56,825 nt of DNA from a virus (Duplodnaviria; Caudoviricetes). The DNA lies in the IMG/VR virus record IMGVR_UViG_3300032323_001295, positions 1 through 56,825 of that record. The stretch is one strand, 5' to 3'. Under the pieces are notes generated by a model that saw only the letters and a list, made by a program, of their open reading frames with translations, made no database searches and was not told the origin of the DNA. Position numbers and translations under genes: made by a program. This document shows, piece after piece, positions 16,187 to 25,963 of this stretch (position 1 is the stretch's first letter; every line of letters begins with the position of its first letter).

Positions 16187-16783
16187 ATGGACTTTTCATA
16201 CGTATCGCACCCAACTTTACCACCAGAGCTAAAAGCTCTGATTTTAGAAACTGTAGAAAAAGAATGGGATAATCTACAATCCACTAATATCCAAATGAAA
16301 GCCTCGGCTTCTGTTGTTAATGCAATTACTGAAGATGTAGATTTAACTAACAACTTGGGTTGGCATTACAGCGAAAGTAAATCGCACTTTCCTTTCATCT
16401 GCGATTATTACGTGTTTGATGTTCCTGCAGAGGTAGCTCTTTGGTTAAGAGATAATGTATCAACCCAACCTGCTAATATACAAGTAATGGCTGGCGGTAG
16501 CCATGTTCCACCGCACATCGATGAAATTAGAAAAGGTGCCCTTAATTACATTATAGATTTGGGAGGTGATGTTAGAACTGTATTCTATAATGTTAAAGCT
16601 GAAAGTTCTGGACAAAATGCCACACCATTCACTGTAATTCCTTATGAAAAATTAGATGTCTCTAACGACATTGAAATCCAAGCAGAAAGATGGCACACAC
16701 TAGATACTACAAGAATACACAGTGTCGAGGGAATTAATTCAGCTAAGAAAAGAATTGCGATTTCTATCAGTATTATTGAATAG
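16187..16783 (+). CDS. 2OG-Fe(II) oxygenase-like protein
   Basis: PPHID...IHSV...RIAISI. Confidence 0.7.
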   Translation: MDFSYVSHPTLPPELKALILETVEKEWDNLQSTNIQMKASASVVNAITEDVDLTNNLGWHYSESKSHFPFICDYYVFDVPAEVALWLRDNVSTQPANIQVMAGGSHVPPHIDEIRKGALNYIIDLGGDVRTVFYNVKAESSGQNATPFTVIPYEKLDVSNDIEIQAERWHTLDTTRIHSVEGINSAKKRIAISISIIE

Positions 16784-16833
16784 ATAAAAACTAGTTCATA
16801 AATAGTTTGAAAGATTTTCTTTCAAAATTATCT

Positions 16834-18036
16834 ATGACATCAAAATTAATTTTTCCTTACGCAGTTAACTCTGTACAACAAATAAGAAAGATAGAACGTT
16901 ATACAAAGTTTGGATTCTATTCCCAAGACAAAGAGCTGATAGATTTAAGCCTAGGCAACTGCGGTTGTTTCCCTTTAGGTTTTCAGAGGCACGATATTGT
17001 CGAAACAGTCAATCGACAAATGAAAGATATGCCTTTCTGTAGTGGAGAATTTTTTACCACTAACGATTCCGTTCTAGAACTCAGCGAAAGATTATTTGAA
17101 ATGAGCGGCGGGTTCCGAAGTGTGTTTGCACTCAGCGGCAGTGATGCTGTAGAAGGAGCAATAAGACTTGCTCAACTTTATCATCTACAGAAAGGTAATA
17201 ATAGAAATAAATTTTTAGGCTTTACCAAAAGCTATCACGGCAGTACCTATCTAAGTTCTAGTATCAGCGATGCAACTTATATGACCTCTTTCTTCGGCAA
17301 AGATGAAAGATGCATATTATCGGATTACAATCTCGATGACATTACCACTGATTTAACCGCAGTGGTTATAGAAACCAGCAGTTGGCAAAATGGTTTAAAA
17401 GATCCAGGAGAAGAATTCTGGAGACAATTAAGAATACGGTGTTCCGAATTAGATGTAGTGTTGATTGTAGATGATATTGCTATGTGCGGAGGTAAGACCG
17501 GAAGTTTCTTTGGATTCAAAGAAATAGTTCGACCTGATATATTCACCATGGGCAAAGCATTAACTTCGGGGTATTTTCCTTTGAGTGCTACAATGGTCGA
17601 ACATAAAATATTCGATGTCATCAAAGATCAAGTTTTTTGTCACGGATTCACTTATAGTTTTAGTCTCAGCGGAATATATTCAACCCTTGCATATCTTAAT
17701 GTAATTGAAAGAGAAGGTATCTTTGAAAATTATAAGACTATAGAAAAACAAACTAATGATTTATTTTCAAGATTAGAAACTGCTGAATTGATTAAAAGTT
17801 ACAATCATCACGGACTTGTTTATAACTTAAATTTACTAACAGAAAAACCCGTGGATACAACTTTTGAACAATTACTTTTTAGTTCCGGATTAAATGCAGG
17901 AATGTGGAACGAAGGCGGTAGTGGTTTACTAATAACTATACCTCTTAATGCCGACGCACAATATCTAGAACAACTAGAATCTAGATTAATTGAAGCCTTA
18001 ACTAATTATAGAACGCTTTTCGCCGGCTCTAACTAA
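16834..18036 (+). CDS. class III PLP aminotransferase (BioA/ArgD-like)
   Basis: SGSDAVE; SYHGST; LIVDDIAMCGGKTG; PDIFTMGKALTSGYFPLSA; HGFTY; start ATG 16834 (TTG 16807 alternative). Confidence 0.88.
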   Translation: MTSKLIFPYAVNSVQQIRKIERYTKFGFYSQDKELIDLSLGNCGCFPLGFQRHDIVETVNRQMKDMPFCSGEFFTTNDSVLELSERLFEMSGGFRSVFALSGSDAVEGAIRLAQLYHLQKGNNRNKFLGFTKSYHGSTYLSSSISDATYMTSFFGKDERCILSDYNLDDITTDLTAVVIETSSWQNGLKDPGEEFWRQLRIRCSELDVVLIVDDIAMCGGKTGSFFGFKEIVRPDIFTMGKALTSGYFPLSATMVEHKIFDVIKDQVFCHGFTYSFSLSGIYSTLAYLNVIEREGIFENYKTIEKQTNDLFSRLETAELIKSYNHHGLVYNLNLLTEKPVDTTFEQLLFSSGLNAGMWNEGGSGLLITIPLNADAQYLEQLESRLIEALTNYRTLFAGSN

Positions 18037-19068
18037 ATCAAGAGTTAGACAATGTATGCCCGATTCCCAGAATAGTCCATGTCTTTGATTGACCACATGA
18101 CAATTAATTCCTAGAGATTCCATTAGTTTAAAGATTCTAGGTTGAACATTTGAAAACAGTACGTTGTTCGAATCAAGAACTAGAACATTGCTATCAAAGA
18201 ATACTTCCTGAGCATAGCCTTTCCATTCCGTTAACCATTTATTCAGCCAACCATTTGAGTATTTGCCGCCTGTACTCTGATAATCTGTAATAAACTTTAC
18301 ATCATCAAATTTTTCAAACAGGCTTTCTAAAGCAAATATTCTTTTATTACGTAACGGTTCTGGTACCCAATCAAGATTTACACAGAATACTGTTTCGTCG
18401 TCAGTCATAAACCAACCGTGATCTATATGTCCCCACCCTTGTTGATGTGTATTACCTACATCAACGATAGTATTTCTTTCTACATTGCGTTGCATCCACA
18501 TAAGACCGGAAGCAGTTCCGGGACCTTGACAGTTGGTTATGAGTTTATCGCCGCACTTAAACATAGTAGCGGTATGCCATAGAAGCCTATCTTTCAATTG
18601 TCTGTGATAGACATCTTGACCATTAGCCCACCATTTTTCTACTAACGTTTCTAACACAGGTGGAGGTTGACTGATCCAGTTGTATCCTCTATCAAACAAT
18701 TCTTGGAATATATGATTATAATTAACACTGTCTAGATATCTATCAGGCATACTAGTATAAGTCTGATATATGGTATGCCCGTAGGCCAGGTATTGATCTC
18801 GTGGAACTAACGGTGCTGTTGGATTTGTAACTATGAAATTTTTCAAATCAACATCGTGGCCGTAATTTGTTACCTTAGGTCTATGAACTCTAATTCCTAA
18901 TTTACTAATATAGTCTGAAAGATTCTGTAAATCTTCTTTAGTTTCTTCTAGAATAATATTAAATTTATTCTGTGCTTCGGGATCTAAAGCCCAATCTAAG
19001 TCTCCAGGAGAATAACAATCTCCAACTATCACTTCTTTTAGGGGATCCCAGTTAGTCCAAATACTCAT
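17998..19068 (-). CDS. amidinotransferase family protein (AGAT/StrB1-like)
   Basis: WDPLKEVIVG; PRD; GHID; SGIHCLT catalytic Cys. Confidence 0.85.
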   Translation of the reverse strand: MSIWTNWDPLKEVIVGDCYSPGDLDWALDPEAQNKFNIILEETKEDLQNLSDYISKLGIRVHRPKVTNYGHDVDLKNFIVTNPTAPLVPRDQYLAYGHTIYQTYTSMPDRYLDSVNYNHIFQELFDRGYNWISQPPPVLETLVEKWWANGQDVYHRQLKDRLLWHTATMFKCGDKLITNCQGPGTASGLMWMQRNVERNTIVDVGNTHQQGWGHIDHGWFMTDDETVFCVNLDWVPEPLRNKRIFALESLFEKFDDVKFITDYQSTGGKYSNGWLNKWLTEWKGYAQEVFFDSNVLVLDSNNVLFSNVQPRIFKLMESLGINCHVVNQRHGLFWESGIHCLTLDLVRAGEKRSIIS

Positions 19069-19496
19069 GTGTTTAAAATCTCTTTCAAATAATCTTCGTC
19101 CCAGTAAGAGTAGTAATCCGTCTTGGCTAACTTTTCTCTAGCTGAATTGAGTTCATCTCTCCACTGACATAATAATAAATTATATTTGCCATTATTAGTC
19201 TGCACATCCTTGATCTCGGTGTTTCTATCTTTATGGTCTGGTAAAAAGACTAGATCCGGGTGTATCTTGTTATAGACATCTGCTAATTCATATAATTCTT
19301 CTTGGCTCCATGCATCTGGTAACACATAAATTATTAGATCAAATGCCCAAGGCGGTGGATCGATATCGCTGCCGTCAGTTTCGATTATTTCGTATTCTGC
19401 GTTTTTAGCGAAAGGGCAAATTGAAAATCCGCCAAGGACAATGTGTTTAGCAGATAAATCTTCTACCCAGCTTTTGATGTGTTGCTTAATATCCAT
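19065..19496 (-). CDS. hypothetical protein (DUF1415-like CPFA motif)
   Basis: W..LS...ICPFAK; PDH. Confidence 0.6.
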   Translation of the reverse strand: MDIKQHIKSWVEDLSAKHIVLGGFSICPFAKNAEYEIIETDGSDIDPPPWAFDLIIYVLPDAWSQEELYELADVYNKIHPDLVFLPDHKDRNTEIKDVQTNNGKYNLLLCQWRDELNSAREKLAKTDYYSYWDEDYLKEILNT

Positions 19497-20097
19497 TTAA
19501 TACTGTGATACTTGAAATAAAATTCCTACCATTAATCGATTGCAATATCAGGTCTACGGTTTTTGTTAAATCTTCTACGGTGATAATACTATTTGTTTCT
19601 ACAATTTTTTTATATAAATCTATGCCGTTTTGCTCTTCTGTATCGTAGGGATTATAAAAGTTTGTTTGACAAACGCCTGGCATAATAACAATGCTTTTAC
19701 ATTTACTGCCGCTGTGATTTATTTCCCAACTGAGTTTGTTGATAGCATATTTTTCATCGCCGTAAGGAGTGAGCCATGGAAACTCTTCAGGAATGTTTGC
19801 CAAAGGTTCTGCTGCTATAGAACTGGTATTAACAATAAAGTGTTGATCACTCCAATGCTGTTGCTGCCACAATCTTGCTATTTCAACTTGTTGATAGTGA
19901 TGATAGGCATTATTAAAAAACAGATCGCAATCTCTAGTAAGCTCTATGATACGATCTATATTTTCTTTTTTTGAAATGTCGAAACCATTGTCTAAACTAA
20001 AACCTTTTACTCGACAACCTAATTTTGTAAAATGATCAAACAACCCTTTGCCTATGCCTCTGGTGTGACCAGTAATAGCTACGTTTTTAAATTCCAT
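19486..20097 (-). CDS. short-chain dehydrogenase/reductase
   Basis: TGHTRGIG; FNNA; NTSS; YxxxK. Confidence 0.85.
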   Translation of the reverse strand: MEFKNVAITGHTRGIGKGLFDHFTKLGCRVKGFSLDNGFDISKKENIDRIIELTRDCDLFFNNAYHHYQQVEIARLWQQQHWSDQHFIVNTSSIAAEPLANIPEEFPWLTPYGDEKYAINKLSWEINHSGSKCKSIVIMPGVCQTNFYNPYDTEEQNGIDLYKKIVETNSIITVEDLTKTVDLILQSINGRNFISSITVLNGY

Positions 20098-21409
20098 TCC
20101 AGTCCCCGTTCATTCTCCATGTAGGAGTTAATAGTTCAAGATTGTCTATCATTATTAGTTTAGCGTCTGGAACATATTTCTTAATCTTGTCTAATAATAA
20201 ATTTCTCGAATAGATTCTATGCTTCAACGGCACAAAAGGAGCAGCAGGATCATAGTTGAATATGTGGCTAAGATGTATTATGGTTTTATCTGTTTTATCT
20301 AACCATCGTTCTACTGGCAGCATCTTGTTTAGTACCAGATCTTCGTGTCTAAATTCAAACTTAACAGTTTCTTGTATCAAGGTCCACTCGGGTATATCAG
20401 GATCGTATAGCTTGCCTTGTGCGGCTAACCATTCGGTTCCGTCCTTGCCTAAGAATTCAGCTCTTGATTTAATATAGTTCTTAACAAATGTAGCATAGTT
20501 AGAGCCATCCCATTTGTCTATTATTTCTTTCATACACTCTAGAGCAAATAAGTTGTAGTCAACAAACCTAACAACTGTGTCTTTAGTGTATCCGTATGTG
20601 ATTAGATAATCAATCCAATTCAAACCACTGGCCTGTGTTACAAATTGACGTATAGGACCTTGAAATTCTACATCAACTTTTACCTCTGTGTTATGAGGAT
20701 AGAATATAGTCTGAGCCGCTACCTGATTCTTTCCGTAGAGATAGTCACTGGCTGGTAAAAAACTAGGTTCGTAATTAGGATAATAAAACTTTTTATTTTT
20801 TCTAAATCTTTCTGGAAATGGTTTTACAAATTTTCGGTTAGCAAATGCAACACTTAATATATTCCAACCATGCCATTTATGTTTATACTGCTTTTCAGTA
20901 TCCCCAGATACTACCCAGATAGGAGTATAGTCATCGTGAATGTTTTCATCACTGCGTCTAGGTGCTATTTGTGTATGCGGAGAATAGAAAGCAAAGTTTC
21001 CAACCATTGGACAATCTAATTCTTTATACGTCTTTAGATTGATTATGTAGCATTGTTCATGTAATTCGTAATAACCGTCGTCTCTATCAGGTATATGACC
21101 TAATAAGAAAAAGTCTTTACCTGTATAAACTTCTTTTTCAACTTCATTAAAAAATTCATCACCGTTAATAAACTCTGTACCTGTGCTTAATACAACAGCG
21201 TGTGTATAGTCTTTAGCTGCTTCTTTCAATAATTGATCTTCATCTATTCCTTGCAGTACATCAAAACCACTAGACAATATTTTAGTAAGCACAAAGTCGC
21301 TGAGATTCTTCATCAGCTCGGCTGTCCATGCAGTTTGGCAAGTGGGTATTCTATCTAGAAAGATAAAAACTATATCTGGAGAAGGAGCAGGGCTATTAAA
21401 TTTGACCAT
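20087..21409 (-). CDS. hypothetical protein (440 aa)
   Basis: Long ORF coupled to neighbours by overlaps; no recognised motif. Confidence 0.8.
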   Translation of the reverse strand: MVKFNSPAPSPDIVFIFLDRIPTCQTAWTAELMKNLSDFVLTKILSSGFDVLQGIDEDQLLKEAAKDYTHAVVLSTGTEFINGDEFFNEVEKEVYTGKDFFLLGHIPDRDDGYYELHEQCYIINLKTYKELDCPMVGNFAFYSPHTQIAPRRSDENIHDDYTPIWVVSGDTEKQYKHKWHGWNILSVAFANRKFVKPFPERFRKNKKFYYPNYEPSFLPASDYLYGKNQVAAQTIFYPHNTEVKVDVEFQGPIRQFVTQASGLNWIDYLITYGYTKDTVVRFVDYNLFALECMKEIIDKWDGSNYATFVKNYIKSRAEFLGKDGTEWLAAQGKLYDPDIPEWTLIQETVKFEFRHEDLVLNKMLPVERWLDKTDKTIIHLSHIFNYDPAAPFVPLKHRIYSRNLLLDKIKKYVPDAKLIMIDNLELLTPTWRMNGDWNGI

Positions 21410-22049
21410 ATTGTTTATTATACGATCTTACTAGCAAATCGCAAAATTCTTCTGTTCTATTGCCTAAGATTAAATTAGCAATCATGTGTACTCTATCTTT
21501 ACTGCTGCGATTAAACACTGCGTGATTTTTGCTGATATTAACCAACATGACTTTACCTTCTTGCCAAGGAACTGCTCCGTGACCTTCTATTTCCATCGTA
21601 CAATTCGCAGGATGTGCAACAGCAACATTGATAGGAAGTATACATTGTAGAGGATCGATCTCTTTTGGTATTTCGCCATCATTGTGCCAATCTATATAAC
21701 CGCCGGCACTGACTTTCATAAATCTAATTCTTGTATATCTTTCTGAAGGGAATCTATTCCTCCAAAAATCTGTAATAATTGGAGTTCTATAGGCTAGGTC
21801 GGTGTATTGATACGGAGCTTTATATTCATCAAGGCCATAGTTATCGGCGGTGTAAGTTTTGTCTACGCCTAGTCCATGCAGACAACAACTATTCCACCCG
21901 GCACTGGAGGATTCTCTATATTCATTATAGTATGACTCTGCTTCTAGTGCCTGCTGTTTCCAAACATCTACATTAAAGTCAATGTCTAATTCTAACCAAG
22001 GAATGTCTTTTTTCCTTAGTATTTGTCTAGCTTGTTCTACAATATCCAT
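21396..22049 (-). CDS. Asp/Asn beta-hydroxylase-like 2OG-Fe(II) oxygenase
   Basis: RIRFM..AGGYIDWHND...HAVFN...RVHMI. Confidence 0.8.
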   Translation of the reverse strand: MDIVEQARQILRKKDIPWLELDIDFNVDVWKQQALEAESYYNEYRESSSAGWNSCCLHGLGVDKTYTADNYGLDEYKAPYQYTDLAYRTPIITDFWRNRFPSERYTRIRFMKVSAGGYIDWHNDGEIPKEIDPLQCILPINVAVAHPANCTMEIEGHGAVPWQEGKVMLVNISKNHAVFNRSSKDRVHMIANLILGNRTEEFCDLLVRSYNKQYGQI

Positions 22050-22603
22050 TTTTTAAATATTTCCGACGCTTCTGCCATTGTTAATCCTGCTTCAGGATTT
22101 TCCTTTTTGCTTATATCGCAACTAATACACCATCTATGCTCGTTGCCGTAATTGGTAACTTTGTGAGGAACTCCAGTTTGTACTATGCTAGGCCACTTAA
22201 CTGCCTGAGTATGTGCATGAACAACCTGTTCTTCAGTGTACCTTGTATAAGGTGTCCCGGCCTGTGTAGTTGTCATCTCGGTTATTTCAGCATCAGGTGC
22301 TAGATTATACCAGTGCATTAAACTTCCCTCTCCCCCAACTATCCAATTTATAACTGCTCTATCAGTGATAGCATTACCATCGATGTGAAATCCACATTCT
22401 CTATGAGGAGGAGTATAGAATATCAAAGGCGGGTAGGTCATAACTAGACCTTGACTATCTAACCACTGAGTAAATTTTTCACTAACATCGCTATGATCGA
22501 CGAAAAAAATATCCGGTTTATAATCTGACTGATTTAAAATTGTTGGATTTTCTAGTGGATGTTCGACTGGCAATTTAATATCAATGCAATAATTATTGAT
22601 CAT
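22037..22603 (-). CDS. 2OG-Fe(II) oxygenase-like protein
   Basis: FHID...PHKVTN...RWCIS. Confidence 0.7.
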   Translation of the reverse strand: MINNYCIDIKLPVEHPLENPTILNQSDYKPDIFFVDHSDVSEKFTQWLDSQGLVMTYPPLIFYTPPHRECGFHIDGNAITDRAVINWIVGGEGSLMHWYNLAPDAEITEMTTTQAGTPYTRYTEEQVVHAHTQAVKWPSIVQTGVPHKVTNYGNEHRWCISCDISKKENPEAGLTMAEASEIFKKWIL

Positions 22604-23132
22604 TTTTTATCCCTATGAAGTTAAACATGAATTTATCTCGGAATCCCGCATTCATTCCTGCATGCCAATCAAGATAATCGTCCCATTGCAGTACCGTTCC
22701 GGCCGGCTGTAAATGATAAACATCATCTTTCAATATAAACACTGCTCCAGGTGATGGCTCGCTGATAAAAATACTGAATCTAATCAACTGACCTTTTGAT
22801 AGATATTTTTCAATGTTGTCATCAATGTCTCGATGCATGGGTGCCATTTTTCCAGGTCTTATTCTACTGATCCAAGCACGAGCACACTGACTGTTTGACC
22901 AATTTTCAAAATGATTGATTACTTTTAAAGAGAAATGTGTTTCTGGATAGTAATTGATCCATTCAACACTGTCTCCTTTATCGTAACCAGCAGACATCCA
23001 CTTGTCGATGATTTCATTAAATCTACCATCTACATTAGCATAAAACTGTTTATGCGGAGTCTTTGGATCACCACGATCAAGATCTAATTCAGCAATAACA
23101 GACTTCCAATCAAAATCGTATAACATAGCCAT
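22593..23132 (-). CDS. 2OG-Fe(II) oxygenase-like protein
   Basis: PGKMAPMHRD...WHAGMN; start uncertain (23132 or 23153). Confidence 0.7.
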   Translation of the reverse strand: MAMLYDFDWKSVIAELDLDRGDPKTPHKQFYANVDGRFNEIIDKWMSAGYDKGDSVEWINYYPETHFSLKVINHFENWSNSQCARAWISRIRPGKMAPMHRDIDDNIEKYLSKGQLIRFSIFISEPSPGAVFILKDDVYHLQPAGTVLQWDDYLDWHAGMNAGFRDKFMFNFIGIKNDQ

Positions 23133-23751
23133 CTTCTTCAAATTTTTTAACACTCTTATTGATCAAAAACTCATGCTGCTCATTGTCAATGATTCCTGCA
23201 CACACTAGGATAATTCTTTGATCTAAAATTATATCAGCACCGTGCCAGATATCTTTATTATTAAAGGCATACACAGGAGCATTTTCTGGAATCAGCGGAT
23301 ATACCTTTTCTCCATTTTTCTCTTTTGAAATAAAGAAAGACCTTTTATTATAGTGAGGAGTTAACAGTACGTTATATCTCTCAGGACTCATCGGGCCAGT
23401 GATATCAACTTCGTCTCTATGATGCGGCAACACATCGGTGTGGAGGTTGAGTGCGGCTCCTATTAATTGTTTGTAAGGTAATAATTTTAAAACGTCGACT
23501 AGTTCAGGGAACTGTTCTTTAAAACCGGGTGCATAATAAACTTGATGATCTTCTCTTAAATCATAATTTTTATCTGCTTCGGGAAAAACTTCTCGAGCAT
23601 CAGTCCAATCATTTATAGGATTTCTTGATGCTACCATACACAGTGTTGAAGTATAATCTAGATTAGTAATAGCATTGTCTAATACGTAATCTGTTAACTT
23701 TCGTCTATCGGGTATTTTACAAGGAAGGTCTATAGGTGTAAATGCTATCAT
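23110..23751 (-). CDS. 2OG-Fe(II) oxygenase-like protein
   Basis: PHHRD...WHGA...RI. Confidence 0.65.
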   Translation of the reverse strand: MIAFTPIDLPCKIPDRRKLTDYVLDNAITNLDYTSTLCMVASRNPINDWTDAREVFPEADKNYDLREDHQVYYAPGFKEQFPELVDVLKLLPYKQLIGAALNLHTDVLPHHRDEVDITGPMSPERYNVLLTPHYNKRSFFISKEKNGEKVYPLIPENAPVYAFNNKDIWHGADIILDQRIILVCAGIIDNEQHEFLINKSVKKFEEDGYVIRF

Positions 23752-24422
23752 ACTTGTATTATCTCTATCGTGAATCCTTTAGATTCTAATTTTTTTACAA
23801 AAGGATTTAAAATTTCTAAGTCGGAACAATTTAATAAAACTTCTCGATCGTTTACTTTTTCAAATCCTGTTATGTTGCCCGACTTAATCGCTCTATTAAA
23901 GAATGTCATTATTTCGATATATGATTCTTGTTTCCAATCATAGTCACCGCCTGACAGTTTTAAAGAATAGCCAGGAGATGTAAAGCCCGGCAATGGTATA
24001 CGTATGTTAAGATGTATTCGATCCCTAGGACCAAAATTTGCAGCGATGTGAACCACACCGGCATCCATATACCATAAGGACCCGTCAGCAGGTAAATGAT
24101 AAAACTTTTCATTAGTAAAATCTAACAAATAGGCAAATGGATTCGTGATAATCGCTACATGGAATCTATCGTCCGGATCGGCGTGAGCACTGTAGGTTTC
24201 TGACGGAGTCAGTCTTAATAATCTAGCCTCACCGGGATTATCTATAGATGCTAGAACATCTCCCAACGGAGTATTTTGAAACTCTGGTTTAGTTTCATAG
24301 GGCCCGGATAATAATTTACCCTTACAATCATTTAGTAAAAGGCTCTTTCCAAAGTCTCCTAAACTGTTGACCTGTTCAATCAGAGGTTCGATAGGAAATT
24401 TTTTATTAAAATTAGTCAGCAT
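23748..24422 (-). CDS. Asp/Asn beta-hydroxylase-like 2OG-Fe(II) oxygenase with C-terminal extension
   Basis: ARLLRL..YSAHAD.DDRFH...HIAANFG..RIHL. Confidence 0.75.
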   Translation of the reverse strand: MLTNFNKKFPIEPLIEQVNSLGDFGKSLLLNDCKGKLLSGPYETKPEFQNTPLGDVLASIDNPGEARLLRLTPSETYSAHADPDDRFHVAIITNPFAYLLDFTNEKFYHLPADGSLWYMDAGVVHIAANFGPRDRIHLNIRIPLPGFTSPGYSLKLSGGDYDWKQESYIEIMTFFNRAIKSGNITGFEKVNDREVLLNCSDLEILNPFVKKLESKGFTIEIIQV

Positions 24423-24457
24423 CTAATACTTATCTGCAAAGATTTTGCTGAAAAAAA

Positions 24458-25156
24458 TTACTGGTCAAATAGTTCTGTATAGATTTTTGGCAATATATTA
24501 TCGGGCCAATATACGTAGGTAGTTAAAGATCTCTTGAACATAATTTCGATATTAAGTCGTTTACGTTCATCTAGTGCTTCTTCAAACCTATGAGCAGAAA
24601 CATTGATCAACCCTTTGACTTTTTCGAAATCAATGTACGGGTCTTGCTGTTCGATGCAGCCATAGAAATCCATAGTTTTTAAAATTCCGCCTTCGATAAA
24701 ATAGCAATGCGGGTAAAGAGTGATTTTATAATAACCGTCGTTATAGATATCTTTTATGATATCGGACATTTGATCTTTCCAATTTGGGCATTCCGAATCT
24801 AAGTCTCCGCCACCGAAACAACTTTGATTACAATTTTTACCAGGCCATTGTAGAAATATTTTTTGGTCAGCGAAATCAACATCTAAAATCGTCGGAGCCC
24901 AAATCTTATTTTTAAAAATTTCTAAGTATTTTACTTCCCTTTCGAAGAAAAATTTAACCATTTCTTCTGTATAGTAGGGACGACTTGGTAAATGTTCCTT
25001 GACTCCTTCGTTTTGATAAGGATGTGTGTGATCAAAATCCATACACAAAATGGTATTCTCCGGATTGATTAACGGAGTGTAAATTAAGTTTGATTCTATC
25101 AATCTACCGTTTTCGTGATTGATTTTGAAGTATGGATTCCAGTTATCAGTTTTCAT
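24458..25156 (-). CDS. protein-kinase-like fold protein
   Basis: FEREVKYL..APTILD..YKITLYPHCYFI..LKTMDFYG. Confidence 0.6.
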   Translation of the reverse strand: MKTDNWNPYFKINHENGRLIESNLIYTPLINPENTILCMDFDHTHPYQNEGVKEHLPSRPYYTEEMVKFFFEREVKYLEIFKNKIWAPTILDVDFADQKIFLQWPGKNCNQSCFGGGDLDSECPNWKDQMSDIIKDIYNDGYYKITLYPHCYFIEGGILKTMDFYGCIEQQDPYIDFEKVKGLINVSAHRFEEALDERKRLNIEIMFKRSLTTYVYWPDNILPKIYTELFDQ

Positions 25157-25198
25157 TGAAAAATATTTATCGGGTGTTGTTGATAGCGTAAATAGAAC

Positions 25199-25963
25199 GT
25201 GGAACAGCCAAATAAATTAATAATGGATTCATTTAATGTAGAAGGGATCGAAATCCCTTTTGATAATAATTGGAATAGCATAGCCATCAGCCTCAGCGGA
25301 GGTGCTGATAGTGCTTTGTTAGCCTATCTACTCTGCGAACACATTAGAAAAAATCATCTAGAACATATAACAGTCCATGTTATCAGTCATATCAGATGTT
25401 GGAAATCTAAACCTTGGCAGAAATACGACAGTCTTAAGATCTATAATTGGGTCATACAAGAATTTAAAAAAATAAACTTTGAGCGTCATACAAATTTTAT
25501 CGCTCCTGATCTCGAGTATGCTGTTACTGGTCCTAGCCTAACAGACGAATACGGCAAAAAGGTCAGCGGAGACAATATACAGATCAGAGGATTTTCAGAA
25601 TACATCTGTCAGATAAACAATATTGATGCTTATTACAATGCAGTTACTAGAAATCCTAGAGGTGTTGATTTTCAGGGAATGAAAGAAAGAGATATAGAGT
25701 CCAACGAAAGCAATCAACATCTGGTATTAATGAAACATATGGATCGTTGGGCTATTCATCCTTTTAGATTTATTGAAAAGTCTTGGATCGTAGAACAATA
25801 CTACAAATTAGAATTAGAAGAATTGCTGAACAGCACCAGAAGCTGCGAGGGAGTAGTTCCCGGTGTTGACTATAAAACATATAAACCATATCAGTACGTT
25901 CCTGTCTGCGGAGAATGTTTCTGGTGTAAAGAAAGAGAGTGGGCCATTGAACACGCAAAGTAA
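25199..25963 (+). CDS. PP-loop ATPase, QueC-like (adenine nucleotide alpha hydrolase)
   Basis: SLSGGADS PP-loop; TRSC...CGECFWCKER Zn motif. Confidence 0.75.
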   Translation: MEQPNKLIMDSFNVEGIEIPFDNNWNSIAISLSGGADSALLAYLLCEHIRKNHLEHITVHVISHIRCWKSKPWQKYDSLKIYNWVIQEFKKINFERHTNFIAPDLEYAVTGPSLTDEYGKKVSGDNIQIRGFSEYICQINNIDAYYNAVTRNPRGVDFQGMKERDIESNESNQHLVLMKHMDRWAIHPFRFIEKSWIVEQYYKLELEELLNSTRSCEGVVPGVDYKTYKPYQYVPVCGECFWCKEREWAIEHAK

